Positions 48,051-58,189 of a stretch of 64,000 bases of DNA are shown one piece after another. A program made the translations under genes and the position numbers. The stretch spans positions 1-64,000 of the forward strand of contig JBEKKK010000001.1 in assembly GCA_050010755.1 (NCBI GenBank). Reading direction: 5' to 3'. The DNA comes from Candidatus Bathyarchaeia archaeon (lineage in GTDB: Archaea; Thermoproteota; Bathyarchaeia; Bathyarchaeales; Bathycorpusculaceae). Position 1 is the first letter of the stretch. Every line of letters starts with the position of its first letter. Below the pieces are notes generated by a model. That model saw nothing but the letters and a program-made list of their open reading frames with translations, made no database searches and had not been told where the DNA came from.

Positions 48051-50442
48051 GATGTTCGGCGATTTTCTTCCTTTTCTCTTCTGGCAAGCGTCCCAGAGTG
48101 GACAGTCTTTGACTCAAAGTTTCGAAAAGGTTGACCACCTTGTCATACTGAGGCAAAGTTGTCGTGGTTGAAGCCAGTCTTAGCGATTCAACTCCGTACT
48201 TGCCCATTTCCTTCTTCAACTGGATTACATGATCCCTGATAAGATCTTCTCTGAATGGACTGTCGTCGCCTTCTATGAAAACAATTCCGTCGGCACCTGC
48301 TGCAAAGGCTTGTAACACGTGTTTGGCTCCCACTCGTCCTGCACTCGGCACGCTGATGATTCTAACATCTGGTGTATAGTTCACTCTCGTCTGCCCAGCT
48401 AGATCGGCTGAGCCATACGCAGTTGTCTTCTCAAGAAAAGCGAGAATTCTCGGCTCATCTCCCTCTCCTTGGCAGGTCAGTTGAATCTGAGCTGTCAATT
48501 GCTCGTTCGTCAAGTTTTTGAGATCAATCGCTTCAGTGGGACACTTGGGCACACATATGCCGCAACCAATGCAAAGAATCGAGTCAATTACGACGCCTTT
48601 GCGTTTGGCACTTATTGCCTTCGTCGGACAGACGGGTATGCACAAACCGCACGCGTTACATTTCTCAGGATTTATGTACGCCTTTTCCGGTGAAACAGCG
48701 ATTTCACCTTTGCCCAGGAATGTAGCCACTTTAGATGCGCATGCCATGGACTCAATCGTGGTCTCTCTAATGTCTTTGGGTCCAACAGCGCATCCCGCCA
48801 AGTAAATGCCTTCCATCTTTGTGTCCACCGGTCTCAATTTGTGATGCCTTTCCAAAAGGAAACCGTCTGGTCCAACGTCTATTCCCAGCTTTTTGGCCAG
48901 TTCATGGGAACCATAATTGGGAAGCAGAGCGGGGCTAAGAACCACCATATCGAACGTTTCCTCAATCTGTCTACCTAGAACGGTGTCTTCAGCTCTTAAA
49001 GTTAGACTGTCTCCGTTTGGAAAGACCTCGGCTGCCCTGCCTCGAATAAACTTGACCCCAAGTTCTCTTGCGTGAGAGTAGAACTCTTCATACCCTTTTC
49101 CATGCGCCCTCAGGTCTGTGTAGAATATCCAAGGTTCGGCTTCTGGGTTTGACTTAAGAAGCAACAGAGAATGCTTAATGGCGTTCATGCAGCCTATTTT
49201 GCAGCAGTAGTTTATTCCTTTGTCCATTCGGCTGCCGACACAGAGTATGAAGGCGACTTTCTTTGGCATCTTTCCGTTTGAGGGTAGATGTAGACCCTGT
49301 AGCATGAGACGCTCAAACTGCAGATTGGTTACAATGTCAGGGTGTAGACCGAAACTGTATGGGCTGAAAACGTCGTGTCCTTCAAAGACGTCTTTTGACA
49401 GCGTTGGATCAAGTTGCTGATAGCCCGTGCAAGCGATGATGGCGCCGACGTTTAATTCAACTATTTTCTCTTTTTGATCAAACGCTATGGCCCTGCCCTT
49501 GCAAAATCGCTCACAAACCCTGCAAACACCTTTGTTGAAAAAGAGACACGCATCTTTGTCTATCAAGTAACTGCTAGGAACTGCCTGCTTGAAAGGTAAG
49601 TAAATTGCCTTTTCCTGTTGCAGTCCTTCTTCAAACTTGCTCGCCTTCTTGACTGGGCAGACTCTCGCACACTCGCCGCACGATATACATTTTTCCGAGT
49701 CAACGAATCGCGGCCTGACACGTACTTGAACTTTGTAGTTACCGGGAGAACCTTCAATCGAAAAGGGTTCCGCCATCGTGATAACTTCGATGTTCGGATG
49801 CTGAGAAGCGTAGACCATTTTCGGGGTTAGAATACATTGGGAACAGTCCAGCGTTGGAAAGGTCTTACTCAGTTGGGACATGTGGCCACCGATACTGGGA
49901 TTTCTTTCCACCAAGTGAACCTTGTATCCCTTGTCAGCCAATTCAATAGAAGTCAATACGCCAGCGATGCCGCCGCCAATTACAAGAACGTCCTCCGTGA
50001 GGGGGAGGCTCTTTGTTTCCAAGGGCTCGAGGAAACGAGCACGTCCCACTAACCCACTGATAAGAGCAATTGCTTTATTGGTTGCCGCCGCGTGGTCTTT
50101 ATCATGAACCCAGCTGCATTGTTCGCGAATGTTGGCCATATCCAGCAAGTAAGGATTGAGCCCGGCTGATCTGGCTGCTTCCCTGAAAGTCTCTAGATGC
50201 ATTCGAGGTGAGCATGAAGCTACGATAACTCGATTTAGTCCAAGCTCTTTGATATCTTTCTTTATCATGTCCTGTCCAGGTTTACTGCACATATAATCAT
50301 AATTCTCGACAATCTTCACCCCATCCAGTTGGGAAATAGCTTCTTTGACCTTCGTCACTTGCACGGTGTCGCTTATGTTACCGCCGCAGTGGCAAATGAA
50401 AACTCCAATCGAAGCATTTTGTTGCACAAATACACCGACCAT
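48037..50442 (-). CDS. hdrA: HdrA fused to a degenerate (Cys-less) MvhD domain
   Basis: GVFICHCG, GGGIAG, KTFPTLDC and ferredoxin motifs; C-terminal MvhD-like AYGSADLAG..GRV..AF..GADG lacking Cys. Confidence 0.93.
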   Translation of the reverse strand: MVGVFVQQNASIGVFICHCGGNISDTVQVTKVKEAISQLDGVKIVENYDYMCSKPGQDMIKKDIKELGLNRVIVASCSPRMHLETFREAARSAGLNPYLLDMANIREQCSWVHDKDHAAATNKAIALISGLVGRARFLEPLETKSLPLTEDVLVIGGGIAGVLTSIELADKGYKVHLVERNPSIGGHMSQLSKTFPTLDCSQCILTPKMVYASQHPNIEVITMAEPFSIEGSPGNYKVQVRVRPRFVDSEKCISCGECARVCPVKKASKFEEGLQQEKAIYLPFKQAVPSSYLIDKDACLFFNKGVCRVCERFCKGRAIAFDQKEKIVELNVGAIIACTGYQQLDPTLSKDVFEGHDVFSPYSFGLHPDIVTNLQFERLMLQGLHLPSNGKMPKKVAFILCVGSRMDKGINYCCKIGCMNAIKHSLLLLKSNPEAEPWIFYTDLRAHGKGYEEFYSHARELGVKFIRGRAAEVFPNGDSLTLRAEDTVLGRQIEETFDMVVLSPALLPNYGSHELAKKLGIDVGPDGFLLERHHKLRPVDTKMEGIYLAGCAVGPKDIRETTIESMACASKVATFLGKGEIAVSPEKAYINPEKCNACGLCIPVCPTKAISAKRKGVVIDSILCIGCGICVPKCPTEAIDLKNLTNEQLTAQIQLTCQGEGDEPRILAFLEKTTAYGSADLAGQTRVNYTPDVRIISVPSAGRVGAKHVLQAFAAGADGIVFIEGDDSPFREDLIRDHVIQLKKEMGKYGVESLRLASTTTTLPQYDKVVNLFETLSQRLSTLGRLPEEKRKKIAEHLGGS

Positions 50443-50600
50443 GTTAATTAGGAGATATTCTCCAGCAACACTACCAACAGAAGAATGGAGATTTATAAAG
50501 ATTTCATTTCTATATTATATTTCATAACATTCATCTAAAGTATTTGGCGCTTATGTGCAGTCCTGTTATTCTGTGCTTTTCCGTTCATTTTTCTCGAGAT

Positions 50601-51395
50601 TTATCTTGTTCCGACCACTATTACGACATATCCATCTGTATGGAAGAACGTGTCTACGCCTGTCAGAACACATCTGACATCCCTGAACTTTGCTTGATTG
50701 AACAGTTCTACAACTTCCTTCGCTGACGGTGTGTAAAGCATTCTGTCTAAAAATATTCTCTTAAACCATTCAGACTCTGGACCCCCAACAACCACTCTTC
50801 CTCTAGGCTTGACAACTCTCGCCATCTCTTGCAGAGCCCTCTCTGGATTGGGGAAATATTCCAGCGCTCCGAACGAGATTATTGCACCAAATGTTTCATT
50901 CCTGAAGGGCAGGTTTTCTGCATCACCTCTAGAGAGGTTAACCACCACCTTTTTGGGGTTAAGCTTTCTCGCCGCTTTCCTCAGCTGTTGGGAGGTCATG
51001 TCAATTCCATCCACTTCGCCGATTTCCAGCCTCTTCAACACAGCCTCAGTTGTGTAGCCCGTGCCGCAGCCAACATCAAGCACGCGTGAACCTTGATGGA
51101 TGTGCGCCAGTTCTGCGACATCATTTCGCATCGTGTCTGTATAGAAGAAGACGTTCAATCTGTCATACACCTTGGACAAAACTCTGTAGAAGATCATAGC
51201 TCGTCTCTTGTCAACCAGAAACGCGCCCAATTGTTTTCCGACGCGCCTCTTGCTTTGAAATCTCTCTTCCGCCAAAATGAGTATGCAAGCCCCCAGACCT
51301 ACCGTGGCGCTTAACAAGGTTGCCCAACCAAACAGCAAAGAGTTCCGAGTTCTTCTCAGCATATTCGACAGTCCCCAGCAGCTTATGCTAAACAT
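50601..51395 (-). CDS. UbiE/MenG-like quinone methyltransferase
   Basis: YD..N, VLDVGCGTG, GDAENLPF and ALQEMARVVKP. Confidence 0.78.
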   Translation of the reverse strand: MFSISCWGLSNMLRRTRNSLLFGWATLLSATVGLGACILILAEERFQSKRRVGKQLGAFLVDKRRAMIFYRVLSKVYDRLNVFFYTDTMRNDVAELAHIHQGSRVLDVGCGTGYTTEAVLKRLEIGEVDGIDMTSQQLRKAARKLNPKKVVVNLSRGDAENLPFRNETFGAIISFGALEYFPNPERALQEMARVVKPRGRVVVGGPESEWFKRIFLDRMLYTPSAKEVVELFNQAKFRDVRCVLTGVDTFFHTDGYVVIVVGTR

Positions 51396-51429
51396 CTTGT
51401 GGGGAACTCATAAAAAAGGCTCGCAAGCG

Positions 51430-52338
51430 TCATTTGCCTAACAACGATCTAGCCAAGAGCAGTAAATTGCTTGGTTTTTCTCTCAATCTTCTAAGACTAT
51501 AGGGCAACCAGTTTTGGCCGTACGGTATGTACTCAGTGACTCTGTACCCGTTATTCAAAAGTTCACGCTTAAGATCGTCTCTGATGCCCTTCAGAAAAGC
51601 GAACTCGAAGTTTTTGGAGTATTCCTTACTCATTCTCATGGCCTCGTGAACCAGTCTGTCATCGTGAGTTGCAACAGAAAATAGGCTCGAGTTTTCTTTG
51701 AACAGATGTTCCATTAACTCCGCATAGTTCTTGTCTATCTCTTTTCTTGATTTGTATGCTATGGTCGCGGGTTCATTGTAGGCTCCTTTGACCAACCTAA
51801 TTTTTCCGCCGATTCTGAGCAATTCTTCAATGTCGTTCTCGCTTCTTCTCAGGTAGGCCTGGATGCATATTCCGATGTTTTTGCTCGCAGAAAACAGGGT
51901 GTTATAAATGTTGATAGTGGCGTCGGTAAACTCCGAGCCCTCCATGTCTATCCACACAAATTTTCTGAGCTTCCCAGCGTGACAAACTATCTCAACCATG
52001 TTTTTCTTGCAGTAATCTTGGTCAGCTTTGAGGCCAAGCTGAGTGAGCTTTACGGAGATACACCCCAAAATTCCATTGTGTTGCAATAGGTCGAGGATAT
52101 GCTCGTACTCTTTCAGCGCCTCTTCAACTTCGCTCGCAGTCTCAACTTCCTCCCCTAGGTAGTTCAATATAACACTGAAACCTTTGGCATTCGCAAGCGT
52201 GGAATAGCTAATTGCATCTGAAATCCTCTTGCCAGCTATCCAGTTCTTAGCCAACGGATAAGCTAGAAAAGAGACCAAAGGCACGTTCGTCATCTCAACC
52301 ACTTTATTCACGAACCTATTCACGGCTGAGCTTGACAC
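51430..52338 (-). CDS. Proline dehydrogenase (monofunctional)
   Basis: SVKLTQLG, IDME, QAYL.R, RLVKGAY, ATHD and YIPYG..RR..E. Confidence 0.93.
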   Translation of the reverse strand: MSSSAVNRFVNKVVEMTNVPLVSFLAYPLAKNWIAGKRISDAISYSTLANAKGFSVILNYLGEEVETASEVEEALKEYEHILDLLQHNGILGCISVKLTQLGLKADQDYCKKNMVEIVCHAGKLRKFVWIDMEGSEFTDATINIYNTLFSASKNIGICIQAYLRRSENDIEELLRIGGKIRLVKGAYNEPATIAYKSRKEIDKNYAELMEHLFKENSSLFSVATHDDRLVHEAMRMSKEYSKNFEFAFLKGIRDDLKRELLNNGYRVTEYIPYGQNWLPYSLRRLREKPSNLLLLARSLLGK

Positions 52339-52418
52339 TCAATTGTAGAAATCCAGCTTAAATCTTTGCACAGAACACACGATTTGATTCTTGACAGAGT
52401 TATGAGCCGATGATTTGC

Positions 52419-52931
52419 TCACGTCGTCTGGCTCTTCGAGTTGTTCGTAGCCATCCTTCTTACAAGCTCTCTCAGCTGCGTGTCTTCGCCATGAACAAGT
52501 AAGAAGCCTTCATTTTGAACAATACAGGAAAGATGCAATTCGTCAGCAAACTTTTTTGACTCGTCGACTGACACAGTCGAAGGGTTGATACGAATCCATT
52601 TTGCGCCTCGCGGAACATTCGGAAGCAATTTTGGTTTCTCTTTTGTTTCCTCTGGGGCGTTTTTCGCTTGATCCAGCCGTGTAAACCATTTCTCAACGTA
52701 TTCAGGTTCAAAGACCATTTGTCCTTTAGACATGATATAGGATTCCACGTTGAAGAAGCATTTGTCAATCTCCTGACTGATATCGGCTTGACCGGTACCG
52801 GCTTCTGAGACGTGGACCAAGGTCTTTGCTGATTGCAGTTCTGTCATAGTATCAGATGGAATAAGGATTCCCTTTTCTTTCAAGTCAACGATCATTTCTT
52901 CAACAACTTTCCATGCGTCCAAATATCCCAT
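52419..52931 (-). CDS. DUF2096-like protein
   Basis: W.V.E..I.DL..G, L..AK.L, VESY and P.VPR..W.R. Confidence 0.72.
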   Translation of the reverse strand: MGYLDAWKVVEEMIVDLKEKGILIPSDTMTELQSAKTLVHVSEAGTGQADISQEIDKCFFNVESYIMSKGQMVFEPEYVEKWFTRLDQAKNAPEETKEKPKLLPNVPRGAKWIRINPSTVSVDESKKFADELHLSCIVQNEGFLLVHGEDTQLRELVRRMATNNSKSQTT

Positions 52932-52934
52932 GGC

Positions 52935-55451
52935 TCATTCCTCCTCAACTGAAGCTACAACCAGTGGAGTAACATGTGTCTTGCTAGGAACTTGCGCGGT
53001 GGAGGTCTGTTGCACGATTGGCTCTGCCTTTTTCTTCAACAAATTCTCCAATATTGGACGCAGTTTCTGATTCTCTGCTTTGATTCTCTCCTTGCCTAAG
53101 GCGACCATCTGCCCGGTGGTTTGTTTGACGATCTCAGCAAACTTGACGCCCTCGGCAGCGGAAACATACTCTACGCGAAGTCTCTCTGAGCTTAACCCGA
53201 GCTTCTCAAGCATCTTCCCCAAGGCGTCCATTCTGGATTTCATCCTTCCGTTTCCGCTTATGTAGTGGCAATCGTAGGGTAGATGGCATGCTCCAACCAT
53301 GACCATGCCAGCGCCAAGCCTGAAAGCTTCAAGGACGAAGTCTCGATCAACTCTTCCCGAACACATCACACGAACAGGTCTTATCGTTGGTGGATACTCG
53401 ATTCTGCTCGTCCCTGCAAGGTCTGCTCCTGCATAACTGCACCAGTTACACAAGAACGCCAGAATCTTGTCTTCCGGATTTGTCTCCAGAGCTGCTCTGA
53501 TCTGGGCCAGTATCTGATCGTCCGTAAAGTGAAGTTGAGTCATTGCATTTGCGGGACATTCCGCAACGCACGTCCCGCACCCATGGCACGTGGCAGGTAT
53601 TACTTGAGCTGGTTGCTTTTCCTCGATTTTTATTGATCTGTGGGGGCATCTTTCTGCACAAATGCCACACTTAGCTGAAACATTTCTGCACTTGAGTGGG
53701 TCTACCACAGAAACTATAGGTTCGATCTTCCAAGTAGTCTTAGAGATTACAGTTGCAGCCCTTGAGGCTGCCCCACTGCCTTGCGAAACGCTGTACGGGA
53801 TGTCCTTTAATCCCTGACACGCACCCGCAAAGAATATCCCATCGGTGGGCGCATCCATTGGTTTGAGCTTGGGGTGGCTCTCCATGAAAAAGCCATCTGT
53901 TCCCCGGGTTAGACCTAGTATCCGCGCAATTTCCTCGGTACCTTTCTTGGGTATGGCGGCTGTTGCGAGAACAACCATCTCGGACTCAACCTCTATGGGT
54001 TGCCCCAGCATCATGTCCTCAGAGTGTAAAATCAAGTTGCGAGTCTCAGGGACTTCAGTAATTCGGCTTACGCGTCCGCGAACAAAGGTTACGCCAAGCT
54101 CTCTTGCGCGCTGATAGAATTCTTCAAAACCCTTGAAATTGCTCCGCATATCCATGTAGAAAATGTAGACTTCAACATCTTCCTTATACTTCTCTTTGAG
54201 CTGAATCGCGTGTTTCAAAGTGTACATGCAACAGAAGTTTGAACAATATGGATATTTCTTTACGTCACGCGAACCGACGCACTGAATGAACGACATGGTG
54301 TGGGGTTTCTTTCCATCGGAAGCCCTGATAACCTTTCCTCCTGTCGGACCCGCCGCGAGTATGAGTCTCTCAAACTCCATAGACGTGAGCACGTTTGCAT
54401 ATTTACCGTAGCCCAAAAGCGGATTATCAAACGGGAGGTATAAGTCATAACCAGTCGCTACAATTATCGCACCGACTTCGATCTCGACTTCTTCTGGTTT
54501 CTGCTCGAAATTTATGGCCTGTCTTGCTCCACAAGCATCAACGCACTTGTAGCATTCGATGCAGTAATCCCTGTTTATGGTGTAGGTCAGTGGAACCGCT
54601 TGGTCGAAAGGAACGGATATTGCCTTTCTAACGCCTAAGTTCTGGTCCCATTCATTCGGATATTCGATTGGACAAACTTCCTTGCACTCGCCACATCCAG
54701 TACAGTTGTGAGCGATCACGTAGCGCGGGTTTTTCCGAATTTTGACTTTAAAATTACCTACGAACCCGTCTACGCTCAGCAAGTCCGCATAGTCTATTAT
54801 TTCAATATTAGGATGCCTTTTCACATCAACCATCTTCGGGCCTTCAATGCATATGCTGCAATCGAGAGTCGGAAAGGTTTTGTCTAGCTGCGCCATGTGT
54901 CCTCCTATGCTTTCACCTTTCTCGAGCAGGTACACCTTGAAGCCCATTTCGGCCAAGTCAAGCGAGGCATTCATTCCAGCTATGCCGCCCCCTATAATCA
55001 ACGCTTTGTTCGTTACCGGGACCTCTATCTTCTGAAGAGGCGCTAACAGTCTCACCTTCGCGACGGCCATTTTTATCAAATCTTTGGCTTTATCCGTCGC
55101 AGCTTCGGGAGTGCTGGGGTGACACCACGATGCAAATTCACGGATATTTGCCATTTCAAAGAGAAACGGGTTCAAGCCGACCTCTGAAACCGTTCTCCGA
55201 AACGTAGCCTCGTGCATGCGAGGCGAGCACGCTGCCACGACAACACGATTGAGCCTATGTGCTTTAACGGCCTTTTTGATTTCTTCCTGTCCAGGATCGG
55301 CGCACGTGTACCGGTTATCTTTCACATAGACAACGTCTGGCAGAGTTCCCGCAAACTCAAGAAGTTTTTGAATGTTCAGCACTCCGGCTATGTTTAGACC
55401 GCAGTGACAAACGAAAACCCCTACCCTCGGCTTTTCAACTTCCTTTTCCAT
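52935..55451 (-). CDS. hdrA: HdrA-MvhD fusion with intact MvhD domain
   Basis: GVFVCHCG, KTFPTLDC, CNWCSY, MCSGRV and GACH...CHY; start placed at MEKEVEK (55451). Confidence 0.95.
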   Translation of the reverse strand: MEKEVEKPRVGVFVCHCGLNIAGVLNIQKLLEFAGTLPDVVYVKDNRYTCADPGQEEIKKAVKAHRLNRVVVAACSPRMHEATFRRTVSEVGLNPFLFEMANIREFASWCHPSTPEAATDKAKDLIKMAVAKVRLLAPLQKIEVPVTNKALIIGGGIAGMNASLDLAEMGFKVYLLEKGESIGGHMAQLDKTFPTLDCSICIEGPKMVDVKRHPNIEIIDYADLLSVDGFVGNFKVKIRKNPRYVIAHNCTGCGECKEVCPIEYPNEWDQNLGVRKAISVPFDQAVPLTYTINRDYCIECYKCVDACGARQAINFEQKPEEVEIEVGAIIVATGYDLYLPFDNPLLGYGKYANVLTSMEFERLILAAGPTGGKVIRASDGKKPHTMSFIQCVGSRDVKKYPYCSNFCCMYTLKHAIQLKEKYKEDVEVYIFYMDMRSNFKGFEEFYQRARELGVTFVRGRVSRITEVPETRNLILHSEDMMLGQPIEVESEMVVLATAAIPKKGTEEIARILGLTRGTDGFFMESHPKLKPMDAPTDGIFFAGACQGLKDIPYSVSQGSGAASRAATVISKTTWKIEPIVSVVDPLKCRNVSAKCGICAERCPHRSIKIEEKQPAQVIPATCHGCGTCVAECPANAMTQLHFTDDQILAQIRAALETNPEDKILAFLCNWCSYAGADLAGTSRIEYPPTIRPVRVMCSGRVDRDFVLEAFRLGAGMVMVGACHLPYDCHYISGNGRMKSRMDALGKMLEKLGLSSERLRVEYVSAAEGVKFAEIVKQTTGQMVALGKERIKAENQKLRPILENLLKKKAEPIVQQTSTAQVPSKTHVTPLVVASVEEE

Positions 55452-55856
55452 GGTCTGGATACGAATCGCCCCCCACGTTATGATTATAATAATTATCATA
55501 AAAAGTATATTAATCTTCCTGACAGGCAACCGCATTTCACACCTTAACCTCGAATGGTTCTTTGGAGCCTCTTGGTGACAGAAGAAAAACTCTCTTGAAC
55601 GGAAATCTTATATTGATTTGTATCATATCAATAATATTAAGGTGCGTCATGCTGAGAACTTTCGCCTCCTTTACTTTGCAAACACAATTTTTTGACATGC
55701 ATGACGCATCTCAACAATTCCAAACGAGCCCATACGCACTTTCCGAATTTCCCGCGCGCGTTATCGTTAGCGGTTATGCGGTTTTTTTGTGGTTGAGAAC
55801 AGAGCGTTCTACCCCGTTTCTCAAGTTCCAAGAGATTATTTGGATGACCAAAGGGC

Positions 55857-57041
55857 ATGACGGCTGTTGAGGGGCAAAAGGAGATTTCTCGTTACCGCTG
55901 GCTAGTGCTGTTTGCGTCCCTGTTAGCTTTCATGATGTATGGTTTTGCTCTTCAGTCAGTGCCTCCTTTGCTGCAGCAGTTCAAAATCATCTTCGGCGTA
56001 AACGACGCGACGGCAGGGCTCCTCATGTCCATAGTCGTTATTCCAGGAATTGTTCTGGCGTTACCAGCCGGCGTATTAATTGATAGGCATGGTTTCCACA
56101 AAATCGGGTTCCTGTCCGTTTTGACAATTGCAGCCGGCAGCCTATTGATGGCAATCTCTCAGAGCTTCTTTTGGGCACTCTTTGCCAGATTCATTGTGGG
56201 CTTCGGCGGCGGTTTGATCTCCGTTGGCACGCCATCGATTGTTCCCCAATGGTTCGAACGCAGAGAGATGGGAAAAGCCATGGGAGTTTACGCGGTGGGC
56301 ATGCCCGCAGCCACGACGGCGGCGTTCTTTGCAGCGCCCGTCTTGGCGCAGAGTTTTGGTTGGCAGTCGCCGTTTTACACTACAGTTGTTATTTCGTTGA
56401 TTTCGGCGGCGTTTTTCTGGGCAACTGTGAGAGACGGTCCGTTGAAGAGTCAGGCAACCGTTGCCAAGTTGTCTGAGGCTGGGCAGGTTTTCCGTATCGG
56501 CGAGGTTTGGAAGGTGAGTCTTGTTTGGATGTTTTTCAACATGGTTGCCATCGGCTTCCTCACATGGGCGCCCGAATTGTTCGTCACGTTTAGAGGGTTG
56601 ATGCCCTTGTCGGCCAGCATTCTCGCGAGTTTAATCATGATTGCAAACTTCTTTTTCGTTCCCTTTTACGGGTGGGCTTCCGACAGAGTGGGCAGACGCA
56701 AACCCTTCATAATCGCAGGACCCGTCGCTATGGCGTTGAGCCTTTACGCCATCTCCTATGCAACGGGCATTTTCCTGCCAGTTTCCATCTTTATTCTTGG
56801 AGCTTCAGCAGGGGCGGTCCCGCCGATTGTGATGGCGATTACGGGGCAGACTTTGCCTCCGAAATTGGCGGGCATGGGTTTTGGCGTCGTTACGTTCTCG
56901 CAGAACATCGGCATCACGCTGACTGCTCCTATAATTGGGTACTTCATACAGGTTACGGGTTCTTTGCCTCTGACTTTTTTAGGCATGTCCGTTTTCGCCT
57001 TTTGCGGGGCTGCAGTAGCCTTAACGGCTCGGACAAGATAG
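55857..57041 (+). CDS. MFS transporter
   Basis: About 12 TM segments with G.L.DRHG and GW.SDRVGRR motifs. Confidence 0.92.
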   Translation: MTAVEGQKEISRYRWLVLFASLLAFMMYGFALQSVPPLLQQFKIIFGVNDATAGLLMSIVVIPGIVLALPAGVLIDRHGFHKIGFLSVLTIAAGSLLMAISQSFFWALFARFIVGFGGGLISVGTPSIVPQWFERREMGKAMGVYAVGMPAATTAAFFAAPVLAQSFGWQSPFYTTVVISLISAAFFWATVRDGPLKSQATVAKLSEAGQVFRIGEVWKVSLVWMFFNMVAIGFLTWAPELFVTFRGLMPLSASILASLIMIANFFFVPFYGWASDRVGRRKPFIIAGPVAMALSLYAISYATGIFLPVSIFILGASAGAVPPIVMAITGQTLPPKLAGMGFGVVTFSQNIGITLTAPIIGYFIQVTGSLPLTFLGMSVFAFCGAAVALTARTR

Positions 57042-57176
57042 CGTAACCTCTTCCCCAGAAATGATACGTTTGATCTTGATAATCAAGGCGTGGTTGATTC
57101 CAGCGTAGTTCTCTTCCTAGCGCGCGCCATGATCTTTCAAGAACCCAGCTTCGAAAGGATTCTTCCAATCTGGTCA

Positions 57177-57350
57177 TCACGTTTCCTTAGTTATGGACGT
57201 TGAACCTCGCGTAGACAGTTCAAGCTGTTCGCCGAAACCCTCTTGACATAAACGTTCTTAATGACAATGCTGTCACCTAATTTCAAGTCTCTCGCGAAAT
57301 CCGCGGAGCGCACGCGGAGACTACTTCGTCCAGTGTCTTCAATTATGAAC
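57177..57350 (-). pseudogene. Remnant of an OB-fold ssDNA-binding (RPA/SSB-like) gene
   Basis: FIIEDTG..ADFARDLKLGDSIVIKNVYVKR, a frameshift, then GFGEQLELSTRGSTSITKET*. Confidence 0.6.
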
Positions 57351-57593
57351 AGAGATTCGTTCAGAGGTGGTCCTCCGTGGAGAAAGGGTGGCGGTACTTG
57401 AACCTATTTGGGCATTTGAGACGGCAGCCCTAAACCAGTTGGCCAAGACAAAGAGAATGCTGGTCATAGGATATTTGAAGCAAGGGGCTCGAACCCATTT
57501 GGGTCTAAGTCCGGGCAGGCCCTCAAGTGTTTTCTTGTTGAACGTGCAAACGATAAGATTTATTAAATATTAATATTTAATATACGAACTCGG

Positions 57594-57980
57594 TTGAACA
57601 GTATGCACAAAACACAAGACTTACGGGAATCTGAGGAAGACTGCCCCAAAAAAACTGGCGAAAAAGGCTTCGCGTGCGACGAATGTGGAGGAACGTTCCA
57701 GAGACCGATCTTAGCAACAGTTTTGACAAGCGACCAACCGCAAACCTACTACGCATGTCCACGATGCATGACCAAGGTTCAAAGCTTCAAAGTAGAATCG
57801 AAAAAGAATGAAGAAGAAACCCCAATTTTGGCCATGGAATCTGAGAGGCTGAAGAACGAGCCAGAAAGCACCGTTAAGTGCGGACATTTCCTCGGTTATC
57901 TACACAAGCATCAAAAGAACACGCCTTTTCCCGACGAGTGTTTAACGTGTGAGAGAATGTTTGAATGCATGCGTCACTGA
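57594..57980 (+). CDS. Zn-binding hypothetical protein
   Basis: CDECG..CPRC and C-terminal CGH..GYL..PDECLTC...EC. Confidence 0.8.
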   Translation: MNSMHKTQDLRESEEDCPKKTGEKGFACDECGGTFQRPILATVLTSDQPQTYYACPRCMTKVQSFKVESKKNEEETPILAMESERLKNEPESTVKCGHFLGYLHKHQKNTPFPDECLTCERMFECMRH

Positions 57981-58189
57981 AAAGACCACACAAGACTCAA
58001 CGGAAATGTTGAGGACCAAATATTTCTGAAGAAACGCTTCCCTCACAGCCCGAGCTGACGCTAGGACCTTTTGTTGAGACCAGATTTACACTGCCCACTA
58101 GAAGCACAAAGTAGCATTCGACGACAAGCAAGGCTTAGGCATCCTGATTGAGATGAAACCATGAAAGCGATGCCTCATCCCGCAAGTAA

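Noticed and set aside
58000-58185. Additional C/D-like boxes on the plus strand
   Set aside because: Box spacing is irregular and I could not recognise an rRNA or tRNA target.
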